Source: Octopus sinensis
Lineage: Eukaryota
Assembly (NCBI RefSeq): GCF_006345805.1
Contig: NC_043006.1
Location: forward strand, 67,704,001 to 67,768,000
Length of the DNA stretch: 64,000 bases
Direction of reading: 5' to 3'
A model generated the notes under the pieces. That model was not told the origin of the DNA and searched no databases. It saw only the letters and a list, made by a program, of their open reading frames with translations. The position numbers and the translations under genes are program-made. This document shows positions 63,199 to 64,000 of the stretch, piece by piece; position 1 is the stretch's first letter, and each line of letters opens with the position of its first letter.

Positions 63199-63740
63199 TT
63201 TTCAAGCCTAGCCAGACTCATGGGCCTGGTTTCCTGGTTTCTGTAGCATATGTGTTCCTCCCAGCTGGACGGGACGCCAGGCCATCACAGCGTTACTCAA
63301 GAAACAAGAAGAGAGAGTGAGAGGAAGTTGTGGCGAAAGAGTACAACAAGAGTCGCCACCACCCCCTGCCAGAGCCTCGAGGAGCTTTTAGGTGTTTTCG
63401 CTCAATAAACACACACGCCTTGTCTGGGAATCGAAACCACGATCCTCCGACTGGGAATCCGCTGCCCTAACCGCTGGGCCATTGCGCCTCCACTGCGCCC
63501 TTTTAAAGCCTAGCCGGGCTCATTGGCCCAGTTTCCCGGTTTCTATGGTGTATGTGTTCCCCAGCTGGACTGGATGCCAGTCCATCGCAGTGTTACTCAT
63601 TTTTGCCAGCTGAGTGGACTGGAGCAATGTGAAATGAAGTGTTTTGCTCAAGAACACAACGCGTTGCCCGGTCCAGGAATCGAAACTACAATCTTACGAT
63701 CATGATGCTGACACCCTAACCACTAACCCACGCACCTCCA
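63199..63740 (-). mobile_element. Two tandem antisense tRNA-derived SINEs (63199-63493 and 63501-63740) with a shared 3' tail but different bodies
   Basis: Minus-strand head gtggaggcgcaatggcccagcggttagggcagcgg..tttcgattccc is tRNA-like; both carry the aagcctagcc.g.ctcat.ggcc..gtttcc.ggtttct tail. Confidence 0.8.
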
Positions 63741-64000
63741 TAGTTGGCATTGTTTAGACATAGTAAAATGTTTCTGTTTTTTATACATGCCAGAAATAAC
63801 ATTGATTTTAAAACATAAGACATCATAGTTGAACATCTGTTTCCCATGCTGGCATAGGCTGAATGGTTCGACAGGAGCTGATGAACCTGAGGACTATGCT
63901 AACCTCCAATATCTTCTTTGGTACGGTTTCGATGGCTGGATGCCCTTCCCAACACCAAATGAATAATCATTATTAGTTAATTTCTTCCTGCCCACACAAG

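Noticed and set aside
63420-63493. tRNA gene (and similar heads at 9472, 31830 and 45498)
   Set aside because: The tRNA-like segment runs directly into SINE bodies and I could not build a complete cloverleaf, so these are SINE heads

Overview
AT-rich, microsatellite- and transposon-dense eukaryotic genomic DNA. The repeat families suggest an octopus or other coleoid cephalopod (inference, not database-checked). The only protein-coding gene I can support is a + strand ANKRD28/44/52-family gene (PP6 regulatory ankyrin-repeat subunit). Eleven consecutive GT-AG exons lie between 372 and 29976 and splice in frame into 1464 nt (488 codons) of ankyrin repeats. The gene starts before the window, and I recognise no further ankyrin exon in the last 34 kb. 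The introns hold tRNA-derived SINEs, RTE and CR1-type LINE fragments, mariner/DD37D/hAT/piggyBac/pogo-type DNA transposon derivatives, foldback elements and minisatellites. The most unusual signals are: (i) several different minimal hammerhead-ribozyme-like motifs of the Penelope-like-element type, some with non-canonical cores, in the giant intron; (ii) a CpG-rich site near 60.9 kb with a 93-nt candidate exon whose 3' end is also a recursive-splice-like AG|GTGAGT junction; (iii) many long intronic hairpins that are potential dsRNA/ADAR substrates.
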